A stretch of DNA of 64,000 nucleotides from Dehalococcoidia bacterium (GCA_965207935.1 CBDBNM010000001.1:67614-131613); one strand, 5' to 3'; numbered from the stretch's first letter, positions 9,551-19,957 are shown. Program-made: numbers and translations. Notes: generated by a model not told the origin, from the letters alone.

Positions 9551-11296
9551 TCAGCGCCGCCGCCACCACACTAGAATCCCCGCAAGGGCCATGATGGACG
9601 GGAGGAGGAACCAGCCAAGATAGCGCATGAGATTGTACTGGTTGTCGTCCAGGATCAAGTGCCTAAAACTGTCTGTCTTGGGCCGGATGCTGGCCAATGC
9701 GGCATCTCCCACAAGCCAGTTTACGGAGTTCAGAAAGATGTCGCTGTTGAATCCGGTGTCGAAGTGGGTGTTGCTGGCAAAGTCCGAGTCCCCGAAAACG
9801 ACCAGCGACGTGGGATTGCCCAGGTCTATCACCTCGGGCGATTCCTCGCCCAGGGCAGCGAACCCTCGAATGGCCACTGCTGGATAGTAGAAGTCGCCGT
9901 CTCCCGTTGAAGGAATTCCCAGGGCTGCTCCAAAGATATTGGTGTCCGGTCCCACAACCACCTCGGGGTCCGGGGAGATGAAAATGTCTGGAACGAACAC
10001 GATTCCTTCGGCAGGCTCGAGCTGGGCAACGCCCGGATAGATCGTCGGGCCGAGCCCCCGTGTAATGCTCCCTGTCCCAAGAATACTCTCCAAAGTAGCA
10101 TCGGGTATCACAGGCAGAACGGAGGTCAGGTAGTCCGCCTGGTTCAGGAGCAGGGTAGTTTCGTCGTCCTCTAGAGCATTGCCGGGATCGAGAACCTGTT
10201 CGGTGCCTACGATCACACCCCAGCGGGCGGCCAAGTCTCGGAAACTCTGGGGAGAGTCTGGATCTAGGAGGAGGAGCATATCGCCTCCCCCGGCCAGGTA
10301 CGTGTCCAGCAGCTCTCTCTCATCATCCAGAAGATCGCGCCTAGGCCCGGCAACCACCAGCATTCCGACGACTTCACCATCAATCAACGCCTGGAAGGTG
10401 TCCTTACCCGAATTCAGACTGAGATTCAGGGAGGAGACCTCGTAGTTTTCGCGCTCAACGTTGGTGGTGGCGACCGCGAAGCCCTCCGCAGATCCCTCTT
10501 CCCTGTTGAAGATGCTCTTTTCGTCGTGCCCTGTCAGGAAGTAGACCTGCTTTTTCTCTTCCCCTGTCACAATGAGAAGGGCAGTAACAAAGTCCTGTTC
10601 CAGGAATTCCGAGTATGGGACTTGGTGGTTGCGTTGTGACTCCACGCTGGTGAAGACCGTATTGCCGTACTCCTCCAGGTCGTACTCCCGGGCGATCTCC
10701 GGCTCCCTGTCTGGATCGATGAACTGATAAGAGAAGCTGCCGGTCTGGGCTTCGAATTCGTGCAGCATGTCCTCCACCTGGCTCTGGCTTGCCGCCACCT
10801 GTCTCCGCAGGGCCTCATCGCGGATGCCGTCGAGGGAGGGGAAAAACACCCTGGCTTCCACCGGCTCCGCCAGGTTGTCCAGTAGCTGCTGGGTGCGAGG
10901 GGCCAGCTCGAACTGCCTAGTGGCGGTTACGTCAAAGCGCTCCACGTTTTCGTAGGCCAGGAAGTTGACCAAGCCTGCAATGGCAAGAAACGCCGCTATC
11001 ATGATGACCGTGTTGACGCCATACCTGCCCGACCGGCTGGCGGCTGCCCTTCCAACGGTCCTGAAGGAGATAGTCATGGATATGATCAGCAACCCGGCGC
11101 CTATTGCCAGGAGCAGGTAGGCGAAGAACCTGAGGTCGGAAATGAGGGCCCAGAAAACGATACCGACGACCAGGCCGATAAAGCCGGCAATGGCGAAGGG
11201 GGCGCTCAGATCCTGAAGGGAGTCCAGCAGATTGCGAGCACCGCCCAATAGTGTCCCGGACAGTCTCTCATTGGGTTCTGGGGATTGCTGGGTCAT
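9551..11296 (-). CDS. GldG-like ABC-transporter auxiliary protein
   Basis: N- and C-terminal TM segments flank a large exoplasmic domain. RFDVTATRQFELAPRTQQLLDNL...ARVFF matches the GldG N-terminal pattern. Operon context supports the call. Confidence 0.65.
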   Translation of the reverse strand: MTQQSPEPNERLSGTLLGGARNLLDSLQDLSAPFAIAGFIGLVVGIVFWALISDLRFFAYLLLAIGAGLLIISMTISFRTVGRAAASRSGRYGVNTVIMIAAFLAIAGLVNFLAYENVERFDVTATRQFELAPRTQQLLDNLAEPVEARVFFPSLDGIRDEALRRQVAASQSQVEDMLHEFEAQTGSFSYQFIDPDREPEIAREYDLEEYGNTVFTSVESQRNHQVPYSEFLEQDFVTALLIVTGEEKKQVYFLTGHDEKSIFNREEGSAEGFAVATTNVERENYEVSSLNLSLNSGKDTFQALIDGEVVGMLVVAGPRRDLLDDERELLDTYLAGGGDMLLLLDPDSPQSFRDLAARWGVIVGTEQVLDPGNALEDDETTLLLNQADYLTSVLPVIPDATLESILGTGSITRGLGPTIYPGVAQLEPAEGIVFVPDIFISPDPEVVVGPDTNIFGAALGIPSTGDGDFYYPAVAIRGFAALGEESPEVIDLGNPTSLVVFGDSDFASNTHFDTGFNSDIFLNSVNWLVGDAALASIRPKTDSFRHLILDDNQYNLMRYLGWFLLPSIMALAGILVWWRRR

Positions 11297-11321
11297 ATTC
11301 TCCTACTGCCTGCTGGAAGTC

Positions 11322-12035
11322 CTAGCGCCAACGGCGGCTCTCCACAGACCTGACGGTCAGGAACAGAAACACCGAGATCACAGTCAGGTAGTAGATCAGG
11401 TCGCGGGTATCCACGACTCCCCGTGTGAAGTCATCCAGGTGACTCGTCAGGCCTATCTGGGAAAGGACCGTCGATGTGGTGCCGCTAACCAGGCTGGCGG
11501 ACTGGTCGATCACGAAGAGGATCAGGAGGATGCCGAATCCCACAACCAAGGCGATGATCTGGTTGTTGGTAAAGGAGGATGTCAGCAGCCCGATAGACAA
11601 GGCTGCACCGCCATAGAGGGCCATCCCAATGTACCCTGACCAGACCGGGCCCCAATCGGGATTTCCGTAGTAGCCCAGGAGCAGTACGTAGAACAACGTC
11701 AAGCTGAGGGTCGCCAGGAAAAAGACGAGGCTGGCGGCGTACTTTCCGAGGACCACTTCCCAGTCCCGCACCGGTGAAGTTAGCAGCAGCTCCAGGGTCC
11801 CGAGCTTCTGCTCCTCGGCGAAGAGGCGCATGGTCATCGCGGGGGCCAGGAAGATGAGTATAAGAGCGCTGGGGGTTATATAGCCGTCTATGCTTGCCTC
11901 TGGAATATCGGTGCTGATGCTGGTCACGAAGAAGTAGCCTGTCAGCGCCACAAATACCAAGGCCACGATGTAGCCCATCGGGCTGGTGAAGTAGGTCTGT
12001 ATCTCCTTGGATGCGATTGCCAGGGCGACCCTCAT
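11322..12035 (-). CDS. ABC-2 type transporter permease
   Basis: 237-aa polytopic membrane protein. ATGA overlap with the upstream ATPase gene. Confidence 0.7.
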   Translation of the reverse strand: MRVALAIASKEIQTYFTSPMGYIVALVFVALTGYFFVTSISTDIPEASIDGYITPSALILIFLAPAMTMRLFAEEQKLGTLELLLTSPVRDWEVVLGKYAASLVFFLATLSLTLFYVLLLGYYGNPDWGPVWSGYIGMALYGGAALSIGLLTSSFTNNQIIALVVGFGILLILFVIDQSASLVSGTTSTVLSQIGLTSHLDDFTRGVVDTRDLIYYLTVISVFLFLTVRSVESRRWR

Positions 12036-12997
12036 TCGCCCAGCTCCTCGCTGGTTGTCAGCTTCAGGAATATCTCCTCCAGGCTCATGCTCACCAGTTG
12101 GATGGTCAACAGGTTCCAGCCGTTGCTCACCACCAGCCTGGATATGGTGCCCCTGAGGTCCAGACCCTTGTTGGCTTGAACGAAGTAGGTGCTGCGAGCA
12201 TCCTCATCCTGGCCTCCGCTGACGGAGACACTCACATCAACGACCCCTCGAATCTTCTTTAGGGCGTTGGTCACTTGCTCCTCGGGACCCCGGATCTCCA
12301 CCTGCAGGCGTTCTGCTCCCTGGAGCCGTTCGGCCAGGTTCCGCGGGCTGTCCTCGGCGACGATCTGCCCTTCGTGAATGATGACCACCCGCTGGCACAC
12401 CATGCTGACCTCGGGCAGTATGTGGGAGCTCAGGATGACCGTGTGCTCCTTTCCCACATCTTGTATCAAGCTGCGAGTTTCCACCACCTGGATGGGATCG
12501 ATGCCGATGGTGGGTTCGTCTAACACCAGCACCTCGGGTTCGTGGAGGATAGCTTGCGCGATGCCCACTCGCTGGCGAAATCCCTTGGAGAGCTTCCCGA
12601 TGATGCTCCTACGGTAGTCGCCGAGGCGGCAGATGCCTACAACATCTCCGATCCTGGTTTTGATGCGCTTGGGGTTCATACCCCGCAGGGTGCCCATGAA
12701 ACTGAGATAGGCCTCCACTGTCATGTCGGTGTACAGGGGCACCGTCTCGGGAAGGTACCCTGTCCTTCGGCGCACTTCCAGGGATCTTCCGACAACATCG
12801 TAGCCGGCCACAGTTGCCGTGCCCCCGGTGGGGGGCATGAAGCCGGTGATGATGCGCATGGTCGTGGTCTTGCCGGCGGCATTTGGGCCAAGGAAGCCCA
12901 GAATTTCGCCCTTCTTAACCTCGAAGTTCAGGTCCTCTATGGCAGGGTAGCTGCCGTAGAACTTCGTCAGCCCTTTGACCTCGATCATCCCAGCCAA
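12032..12997 (-). CDS. ABC transporter ATP-binding protein (ABC-2/CcmA-type)
   Basis: Walker A GPNAAGKTT, signature LSKGFRQR, Walker B VLVLDEPT. Confidence 0.9.
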   Translation of the reverse strand: MAGMIEVKGLTKFYGSYPAIEDLNFEVKKGEILGFLGPNAAGKTTTMRIITGFMPPTGGTATVAGYDVVGRSLEVRRRTGYLPETVPLYTDMTVEAYLSFMGTLRGMNPKRIKTRIGDVVGICRLGDYRRSIIGKLSKGFRQRVGIAQAILHEPEVLVLDEPTIGIDPIQVVETRSLIQDVGKEHTVILSSHILPEVSMVCQRVVIIHEGQIVAEDSPRNLAERLQGAERLQVEIRGPEEQVTNALKKIRGVVDVSVSVSGGQDEDARSTYFVQANKGLDLRGTISRLVVSNGWNLLTIQLVSMSLEEIFLKLTTSEELGE

Positions 12998-13181
12998 GGA
13001 TTGTTGTCCTCTCTCAGTAAGTGATCTACTAACCCAGCGGGATAGGTAGCCTTTCCAGCGGTTGTAGATTATACTTGAAGGTTGTGCGATTATTCCACAT
13101 GATACCCGGCCAGTGCCGGGATATTTCAGGAAATGCGCCCATGGATCTTGGGCAGACTCGATACTAGATCGGAGATAGCGG

Positions 13182-13598
13182 ATGCACCTGGTGATCGATG
13201 CTTACGGCGGCGACCGGGAGAAGATGTGGGATGAGGAAGTAGTACGAAACTTCCTGTCGGAATACCCATCTGCCCTCGGTATGACCAAGCTGTGCGAACC
13301 CCAGGTGCTGACCTGTATCGCTCCCAAGGATGAGGACTCGGGGGTAACGGGCTTCGTGGTCATCGCCGAGAGCCACATCAGTATTCACACTTTCCCCAAC
13401 CGGGATTTCGCTTACGTCGACGTCTTCTCCTGCAAGTCCTTCGACCGGGACAAGGCTTACGGCGACATCATGGAGATATTCGGCTTCCATTCAGCGGACA
13501 CCTGGGACCTGGAAAGGGGCCTCGAGTTCCTGGACCGCCGGCCTGTCGGAACGGGCCCAGGCTTGAGGCAGAGACCCGCGAGGATACTAGCGAGTTAG
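13182..13598 (+). CDS. speH: pyruvoyl-dependent S-adenosylmethionine decarboxylase proenzyme (SpeH/class 1 type)
   Basis: Self-processing motif VIAESHISIHTFP followed by VDVFSC; 138 aa. Confidence 0.8.
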   Translation: MHLVIDAYGGDREKMWDEEVVRNFLSEYPSALGMTKLCEPQVLTCIAPKDEDSGVTGFVVIAESHISIHTFPNRDFAYVDVFSCKSFDRDKAYGDIMEIFGFHSADTWDLERGLEFLDRRPVGTGPGLRQRPARILAS

Positions 13599-13658
13599 CC
13601 GGCGTCCAATCCACGGCGATTCGCCACAACTCTCCCTATAGAACAGGCGAAACCAAGC

Positions 13659-14582
13659 ATGGCCAGCGCGCAAGGAACCTCCCCCCTCTGGATACCCTCT
13701 AACTTCCTGGCCCTTCCGGAAGAACAGAGTAGCCTCCCCTCATCCCCAGTCGTCATCCTGCCTGCCCCCTACGACAGCACCACCTCCTACAGGACCGGCG
13801 CCAGAGATGGGCCCAATGCGATCATTGAAGCGTCCTACAACCTGGAGGACTATGACCCCGAGCTTGGGATCGACGTTGCCGAGATAGGCATCTACACAGC
13901 TCCCCGCCTGGAGCCCCAGATGGCCGGGCCCCGTCCCATGATCGACCGGGTACGGGAAGCGATCGATCACTTCCTGGGTATGGGCAAGCTGGTGGGAATG
14001 CTCGGCGGGGAACACTCCCTGACCACGGGGTCGGTGGAAGCCCTGGTTGACCGTTATCCGGACCTCCGGGTGCTGTTCCTGGATGCCCACGGCGATCTCA
14101 GGGAAGAGTACATGGGAACGCGGTGGGGCCATGGGTCCGTCGCCCGCCGTGTGTCGGAACTGTGTCCCCTGGTGCACGTCGGAGGGCGGAGCTTCTCCAA
14201 GGAAGAGGTCGACCATATCGAGTCGGTTGCCCTCCCCACCTTTACCTGGCCTCCGGCTGGCGCCAACGGGCTCCCCCAGCCGGCGGACCTGGATGTGGAC
14301 TCCATCGTCAGCCACTTGGGGCCCCATGTCTACGTGTCCGTTGATCTCGATGTACTGGACCCGGCCATCATGTCGGCTGTAGGCACGCCGGAACCCGGTG
14401 GATTGGGCTGGTTCGAGACCCTCTTCCTCTTGAGGAGTGTGGGAGAAAGCTGCAGGATCGTGGGCTTCGACGTTATGGAGCTCAGTCCCCGCCAAGGTCC
14501 AGACGCGTGCTCTTACCTGGCGGCTAAGCTGGTTTATAAGCTGGTCGCTTATTCGACCCTCTACAAAGGGGACACTCCCTAG
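13659..14582 (+). CDS. speB: agmatinase (ureohydrolase family)
   Basis: Mn-binding motifs GGEHS, LDAHGD and SVDLDVLDP. Confidence 0.85.
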   Translation: MASAQGTSPLWIPSNFLALPEEQSSLPSSPVVILPAPYDSTTSYRTGARDGPNAIIEASYNLEDYDPELGIDVAEIGIYTAPRLEPQMAGPRPMIDRVREAIDHFLGMGKLVGMLGGEHSLTTGSVEALVDRYPDLRVLFLDAHGDLREEYMGTRWGHGSVARRVSELCPLVHVGGRSFSKEEVDHIESVALPTFTWPPAGANGLPQPADLDVDSIVSHLGPHVYVSVDLDVLDPAIMSAVGTPEPGGLGWFETLFLLRSVGESCRIVGFDVMELSPRQGPDACSYLAAKLVYKLVAYSTLYKGDTP

Positions 14583-14604
14583 GGTCCGGGTCCCTACCTC
14601 CGAT

Positions 14605-14632
14605 TTGTGAGACTCAGCCGTTGTGCTACAAT
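14605..14632 (+). promoter_or_regulatory. sigma70-like promoter TTGTGA-N16-TACAAT with TGC extension, upstream of the cysteine desulfurase gene
   Basis: -35 at 14605-14610 and -10 at 14627-14632. The gene starts at 14666. Confidence 0.45.
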
Positions 14633-14665
14633 TGGCCTCAAGCATGATGTACCTAGAGCATTCCG

Positions 14666-15883
14666 GTGCCTGAGTTCCCCCACGTGACGCCCTCCAACGG
14701 CATTGTTTACATGGACCACGCCGGCACGACCCCGGTAGACCCACGGGTTGTGGATGCGATGCTGCCCTATATGGGCGCCCATTTCGGCAACCCTTCCAGC
14801 ATTCATGCCTTGGGCCAGGAAGCCAAGCGTGTCCTGGATGAAGCACGGGAAATGGTGGCTAAGGTGCTGGGATGCCGTTTCAGCGAGGTGGTGTTCACCG
14901 GCGGCGGGACCGAATCGGACAACGCCGCCATAAAGGGAGCCGCCGATGCTCTGCAAGCCACCGGCAACCATGTAATCACCTCCAGCATAGAGCACCATGC
15001 GGTGCTCCACACCTGCCAGTACCTGGAAAACCACGGTTACGATGTAACTTATCTCCCCGTGGACAAGTACGGGATGGTCGATCCTGACGATTTGGCGCAG
15101 GCCATCACCGACCGCACCACCGTTGTCAGCATCATGTACGCCAACAACGAGATCGGCACCATTCAGCCGGTGGAGGAGCTCGCCTCCATAACCAAGCAGC
15201 GGGCCCGCGAGATGAACAGGACCATCGTTGTGCACACCGACGCCGTTCAAGCGCCGGGACTCCTGGACCTGGATGTTGGGAAGCTGGGCGTAGATATGCT
15301 GAGCCTGTCGGCCCATAAGTTCTATGGGCCGAAGGGTGTCGGAGCCCTGTATGTGCGCAGGGGGACTCCTTTTCTCGCCCAGCAGATGGGAGGAGGCCAG
15401 GAGCGGGAGAGGCGATCGGGCACGGAGAACGTAGCCGGCATTGTGGGGATGGGCGTCGCCTTGGAGATAGCCGAGTCCGAGAGGACTTGGGCGGTGGAGC
15501 ATCACGGGAACCTCAGCAAACACATAGCGGATGGGGTGGTCTCCAGGGTGCAGGGAGCGCATCTGAATGGGCACCCTACGCTCCGACTGCCAAACAACAT
15601 CAACTTCTCCTTTGAGCAGGTCGATGGGGAGCCGATGCTTCTTGGGCTGGACATCAAAGGCATAGCGGCCTCCAGCGGCAGCGCATGCAGCTCAGGCTCC
15701 CTGGAGCCTTCCCACGTCCTCCTGGCGTTGGGCCAGTCAGCCGACCTAGCCAGGGGCAGCCTTCGCCTTACCTTGGGCAGGTCGAACAACGCCGAGCAGG
15801 CGGACTACCTGCTCTCCGTTCTGGCGGAACTGGTGACGGAACTGCGAGGGCTTCCCTCGATGAGCACCGCTGCCGACGGGTAG
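14666..15883 (+). CDS. cysteine desulfurase (NifS/IscS class V aminotransferase)
   Basis: PLP-lysine region [15 protein letters not shown] and catalytic loop [12 protein letters not shown] start. Confidence 0.9.
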   Translation: MPEFPHVTPSNGIVYMDHAGTTPVDPRVVDAMLPYMGAHFGNPSSIHALGQEAKRVLDEAREMVAKVLGCRFSEVVFTGGGTESDNAAIKGAADALQATGNHVITSSIEHHAVLHTCQYLENHGYDVTYLPVDKYGMVDPDDLAQAITDRTTVVSIMYANNEIGTIQPVEELASITKQRAREMNRTIVVHTDAVQAPGLLDLDVGKLGVDMLSLSAHKFYGPKGVGALYVRRGTPFLAQQMGGGQERERRSGTENVAGIVGMGVALEIAESERTWAVEHHGNLSKHIADGVVSRVQGAHLNGHPTLRLPNNINFSFEQVDGEPMLLGLDIKGIAASSGSACSSGSLEPSHVLLALGQSADLARGSLRLTLGRSNNAEQADYLLSVLAELVTELRGLPSMSTAADG

Positions 15884-15907
15884 GCAATTCTCAGAGCCAA
15901 GGGATAT

Positions 15908-16564
15908 ATGCAAGAGAGCAACGAGACGACAGATATACAGCCAATAGGCAAGTCGCCCTTCACGACGGGCAGAGTGGCGGTGGTAGCAGCGATCGTCGTG
16001 ATCGGCGCCTTCCTGGCGTGGTTCTTGATCTTCGGTGTCGATTTTGGAGGAGGCAGTCCTCTGCCGTTAGGGAAGCCCCTCAAGGGGAGGACGCTCATAG
16101 TCCAGATCGATAAGCTGAATCGCGTTCCGGAAGTGAAGATCTTCAGAGATACGACGAGCCACTATCTTGTTACTCCCTCTGGGCCGGAATACGATCTCGC
16201 GACCCTTCAACTTACGGTGTGGAACGACGAAGCCTCCCTGGTGATACTCAACATGGAGGATAGGGCCTTGGAAGTTCGCGGCGCGGACTCCGATGACCGG
16301 TTCACCATGCTGGAAACTTGTGCTGGAAGAGGCAACCTGGAAGCCAGGGATGAGTGCGCAGCGAACAGCGACAATGTGCAGATTGTGCCTGGAGGTCTCC
16401 CAGAACAGGCTAACAGATACCGCGAGGGATTCCTGGCGGGAGTGATCGAGCTACCCGAGGGCAGCGGGCTGCCAGGAGGGTGGACGGTCTTCGAAGTGCC
16501 CAAGGAAGTGGCGATAGAAAGGGTGCGGTGGGGTGCCGGCGGGGACGTGATCTTCTTCCCGTAA
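15908..16564 (+). CDS. membrane-anchored hypothetical protein (possibly DUF4352-like beta-sandwich)
   Basis: One TM segment (VAVVAAIVVIGAFLAWFLIF) followed by a soluble domain. Weak resemblance only; coding-like GC3. Confidence 0.5.
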   Translation: MQESNETTDIQPIGKSPFTTGRVAVVAAIVVIGAFLAWFLIFGVDFGGGSPLPLGKPLKGRTLIVQIDKLNRVPEVKIFRDTTSHYLVTPSGPEYDLATLQLTVWNDEASLVILNMEDRALEVRGADSDDRFTMLETCAGRGNLEARDECAANSDNVQIVPGGLPEQANRYREGFLAGVIELPEGSGLPGGWTVFEVPKEVAIERVRWGAGGDVIFFP

Positions 16565-16595
16565 CTCTCTCCCGCTCTCCAGCCCGCTTGCCCGC

Positions 16596-17210
16596 ATGAC
16601 CAGCCCTGTTCCCCCATCCCCTTCGGAGAGTTCCCCTTCCATCTGGCGTCGACTGTTTCACATGGCCGCCGGAAGCACAATCCCGCTCGCGGCGATATTC
16701 CTGCCTACCGAAGCAATGGTCGTAGCTACGGCGGTCCTTGCAGGAGTGGCATTGTTGGTGGAGGGAGTTCGGCTGAAGCTGCCCAGGCTGAACACCCTTC
16801 TAGTGTCCCGATTTAGGTTGCTGCTGAAGGAGGCCGAGAGCAGGAAGGTTACGGGCGCAACCTATTTCGTCCTTTCAGCCTTGGCGGCGTTCCTGCTCTT
16901 TGATCAGTCTGCAGCGATTGCTGCCCTGCTTTTCCTGTCCCTTGGCGACCCGGTGGCAGCCCTCGTGGGCAGGCGAGCTCCCGGAATACGTTTCTTCGGC
17001 AAATCTCCTGTGGGCACCCTTGCGATGGTGCTAGTTGGCATGGGGATAGCTGGGGTGCTGTCCGGGGCGGGAGTGGCGGACAGGCATTGGGGCCTGTTCG
17101 TGGGAGCAGTGGCGGCGGGGGTGGTGGAGCTTCTTCCCGTTCCCCTGGACGACAATGTAACGATTCCGCTGGTGTCGGGCGGGGTGATGGCTCTGCTGAT
17201 AGGTCTCTAG
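16596..17210 (+). CDS. polytopic membrane protein of the polyprenol/phytol/dolichol kinase superfamily (SEC59/DGK1/VTE5-like)
   Basis: Motifs LSLGDPVAALVGRR, GKSPVGTLAM and ELLPVPLDDNVTIPL. Confidence 0.55.
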   Translation: MTSPVPPSPSESSPSIWRRLFHMAAGSTIPLAAIFLPTEAMVVATAVLAGVALLVEGVRLKLPRLNTLLVSRFRLLLKEAESRKVTGATYFVLSALAAFLLFDQSAAIAALLFLSLGDPVAALVGRRAPGIRFFGKSPVGTLAMVLVGMGIAGVLSGAGVADRHWGLFVGAVAAGVVELLPVPLDDNVTIPLVSGGVMALLIGL

Positions 17211-17216
17211 TCGATT

Positions 17217-18563
17217 CTAGATGTCCCCGTCATAGAGCTCTTCCTGGGCGCGCTCCCGCTGGAATGCCACGTACTCGTCCTTGGTCATCGTCGGGGTGGA
17301 GCGATGTATGACCTCTTTAGCCTTGAGGCCATCTTCGGCTAGCAGGTCAACCACCGCCATGGCCATTATCTTGGCCGGGTTGATCACAGCCCGCTCGTAA
17401 TCGGCGATCATGTAGTCCTTGCTGTGCCCCGGGCCTGTGGCGCCGCCGGTGTAGGGGTGGCACACCGGCATTATCTGGCTCAGGTCGCCCATGTCCGTAG
17501 AGCCGCCCCGGCTGCGGTGGTTGGGGATGGTCAAGATGTGGTCCCGACCCAGCAAGGCTGTTGCGTTGTCCAGCAGTACGTCCTGCAGGACGGGGTCGTG
17601 TTTGAGCGGCATGTAGCCGGGGATGTTGGTTATCTTGACCTGGGCTCCCACTGCCAGGGCGCCCGCCTTGAAGCACCGGTCCACAGCCGCGTTGTTCTTC
17701 ACGAGGTCATCGGTGTTGGCGGAGCGAACCCTCCACTCCAGCCGGACGTCAGAAGGCACAGCGTTGACGGCCTCCCCGCCCTTGTTGATGATGCCGTGAA
17801 TCCGCACTGTCTCCCGCTCGCGGAAGGTCTCCCTGTTGGCGTGGATAGCCGCCATTCCCAGGTTGGCTGCATTCAGGGCGTTGATGCCCATGTGGGGGGC
17901 CGCCCCGGCGTGGGCGCCCCTGCCGATGTACTGGATGTACTTGACGATGTGCCCGTTGCTGGTGCCGCCGAAGGAGAACATCCGCTCCCCCATGTCGCTG
18001 GCGGTGTGGCACATCATGGCTATATCGACATCATCGAACTCGCCCAAGCGTATAAGCTCCTGCTTCCCTCCCAGGAACTCCAGCTTGCCTTCGGAGCGCA
18101 GGGCCATCCGGTCTTCCAGCTCGACGAACTCTTCTGCCGGAACGGCAAAGGGCACGACGGAGCCGCAAAGATGATCCAGCACCCCTGAAGCTCGAATGCC
18201 CATGGTAGCCCCCAGCATCATCCCCATCTGGGCATTATGCCCGCAGGCGTGGGCCGCCCCTGTCTCAGGGTCGGCGCAGGGATGCTCGAAAACCAGGAGG
18301 GAGTCCAGCTCCCCCAGGATGGCTATGCTGGGACCTGGTCCTGCTCCGCCTTCCAGTCTGCCTTTAAGTCCCGTGATGGCCAATTCCTTGCGGTATGGGA
18401 CGGACATATCGTCCATCTTCCGGGCGGCCTTCTCCGAGGTTCGACGCTCTTTGAACCCGGTTTCCGGGTGGTCCATGATGTCTTTGGCGAATGCGATGAT
18501 CTCCGCCCTGTTGTTGTCGATGGTGTCGGAAACCATGCGCTTAAGGGCATCTCTGTCGGGCAT
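17217..18563 (-). CDS. M20D-family amidohydrolase
   Basis: Metal-ligand motif AHACGHN. Start trimmed to ATG 18563 (MPDRDALKRM...), because the longer 519-aa track ORF adds an Arg/Pro/Gly-rich extension. Confidence 0.8.
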   Translation of the reverse strand: MPDRDALKRMVSDTIDNNRAEIIAFAKDIMDHPETGFKERRTSEKAARKMDDMSVPYRKELAITGLKGRLEGGAGPGPSIAILGELDSLLVFEHPCADPETGAAHACGHNAQMGMMLGATMGIRASGVLDHLCGSVVPFAVPAEEFVELEDRMALRSEGKLEFLGGKQELIRLGEFDDVDIAMMCHTASDMGERMFSFGGTSNGHIVKYIQYIGRGAHAGAAPHMGINALNAANLGMAAIHANRETFRERETVRIHGIINKGGEAVNAVPSDVRLEWRVRSANTDDLVKNNAAVDRCFKAGALAVGAQVKITNIPGYMPLKHDPVLQDVLLDNATALLGRDHILTIPNHRSRGGSTDMGDLSQIMPVCHPYTGGATGPGHSKDYMIADYERAVINPAKIMAMAVVDLLAEDGLKAKEVIHRSTPTMTKDEYVAFQRERAQEELYDGDI

Positions 18564-18613
18564 GTTCGCTCCTTCGTCTGGTCCGGTCCTTCCCGGCCTC
18601 CCAGGACAACGGT

Positions 18614-19957
18614 CTAGGGAGAGTCGGGGGAGTACTCGAAAAGCTCGTCCTTGGCTTGGCTTCGCATGAATGTCAGGTACTCCTGCGTGGTCATGGCGTT
18701 GGTGTGGGATTCCATGACCTTCCCTGCCTGGCTCCCGCCGTCGGCCAGCAGATCGACGATGGTGGAAGCGAGGCACTTGGCGGCAGTGATCACCGCGAGG
18801 GAGTAGTCCTGTACCACGTAGTTTGCCCCGTGCCCCAGCCCGGTGGCCCCTCCCACATAGGGGTGAATCACCGGCATGAGCTGGCTCACGTCTCCCATGT
18901 CGGTGGAGCCGGTGCGATGGTGCACCTGGCCGACGTTCTCCTCACCCACCAGGTTAACGGCGTTGGAGCGGAATATCTGGGCCAGGTTCTGGTCCTGCTG
19001 CATGGGGAGGTAGCCGGGCATGGTCTGAATGCGCACCTTGGCCCCGACAGCCATAGCGCCGGCCTTCAGCGCCCGGTCCACCTTGTGGTTGGCGTCGGCA
19101 ACAGCGGCCAGGGTGCGTCCCCGCACAAAGGTCTCCATGCGCACATCGGCTGGCACTGCGCTGACGGCTTCGCCGCCCTTGGTGATGATGGGATGGACCC
19201 GGACTGTGTCTTCATCCTGGAAGGTCTCCCGGTTGGAATGGATCGCCATCATGGCCAGGGAAGCGGCGTTCAGGGCGTTTATGCCCAAGTGGGGAGCGCC
19301 CCCGGCATGGGCGCCGCGTCCCAGGAACTGTATCTTCTTGGCAACTATTCCGTTGTTGGTGCCGCTCATAACCAGCTTGCCTTCATCGGCGTTGCTGGTG
19401 GTGTGGCACATCATCGCTATGTCCACATCGTCCAGGGCCCCAAGGCGTATGAGCTCGGGCTTTCCGCCGAGGAATTCCAGCTTGCCCTCTTCCCGGAGGG
19501 AGTCCCGGTATTCGATCTCGATATACTCTTCGGCGGGCACCGCTATCAGTACCACGCGACCGCTGAGAGACGACATAACATCCGCGGCGGTGAGGCCGAC
19601 GGCGGCCCCTACCAGCATCCCAATCTGGCAGTGGTGCCCGCAGGCGTGAGCGGCCCCTGTGGTCGGGTCGGCGTGGGGGTGGCTGTTGACGATCAGCGAG
19701 TCCAGCTCACCCATCAGGGCCACCGACGGACCCTGGCTGCCACCCTTCAGCTCTCCCTTGACGCCCGTTAGGGCCAGCCCGTCCTGAAAGGGGATTCCCA
19801 ATTCGCCGAACTTGGAGGCGACCAAGCTCGAGGTCTTCACCTCGCGGAAGCCCGGCTCGGGGTTCTCCAGGATGGTCTTGGAGACCTTGATAATCTCGTC
19901 GGCCCGGGAGTCGATCTGTTGGAAAATCCGCGCCTTTACATCGTCTTTAGCAAGCAT
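18614..19957 (-). CDS. M20D-family amidohydrolase (tandem paralog)
   Basis: AHACGHH motif and colinear similarity to 17217-18563. Start trimmed to ATG 19957 (MLAKDDVKARI...). Confidence 0.8.
   Translation of the reverse strand: MLAKDDVKARIFQQIDSRADEIIKVSKTILENPEPGFREVKTSSLVASKFGELGIPFQDGLALTGVKGELKGGSQGPSVALMGELDSLIVNSHPHADPTTGAAHACGHHCQIGMLVGAAVGLTAADVMSSLSGRVVLIAVPAEEYIEIEYRDSLREEGKLEFLGGKPELIRLGALDDVDIAMMCHTTSNADEGKLVMSGTNNGIVAKKIQFLGRGAHAGGAPHLGINALNAASLAMMAIHSNRETFQDEDTVRVHPIITKGGEAVSAVPADVRMETFVRGRTLAAVADANHKVDRALKAGAMAVGAKVRIQTMPGYLPMQQDQNLAQIFRSNAVNLVGEENVGQVHHRTGSTDMGDVSQLMPVIHPYVGGATGLGHGANYVVQDYSLAVITAAKCLASTIVDLLADGGSQAGKVMESHTNAMTTQEYLTFMRSQAKDELFEYSPDSP

Noticed and set aside
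13740-15574. 368-aa and 326-aa minus-strand ORFs opposite speB and the cysteine desulfurase gene
   Set aside because: Both plus-strand genes have unambiguous catalytic motifs. The antisense ORFs are Arg/Gly/His/Pro-rich.
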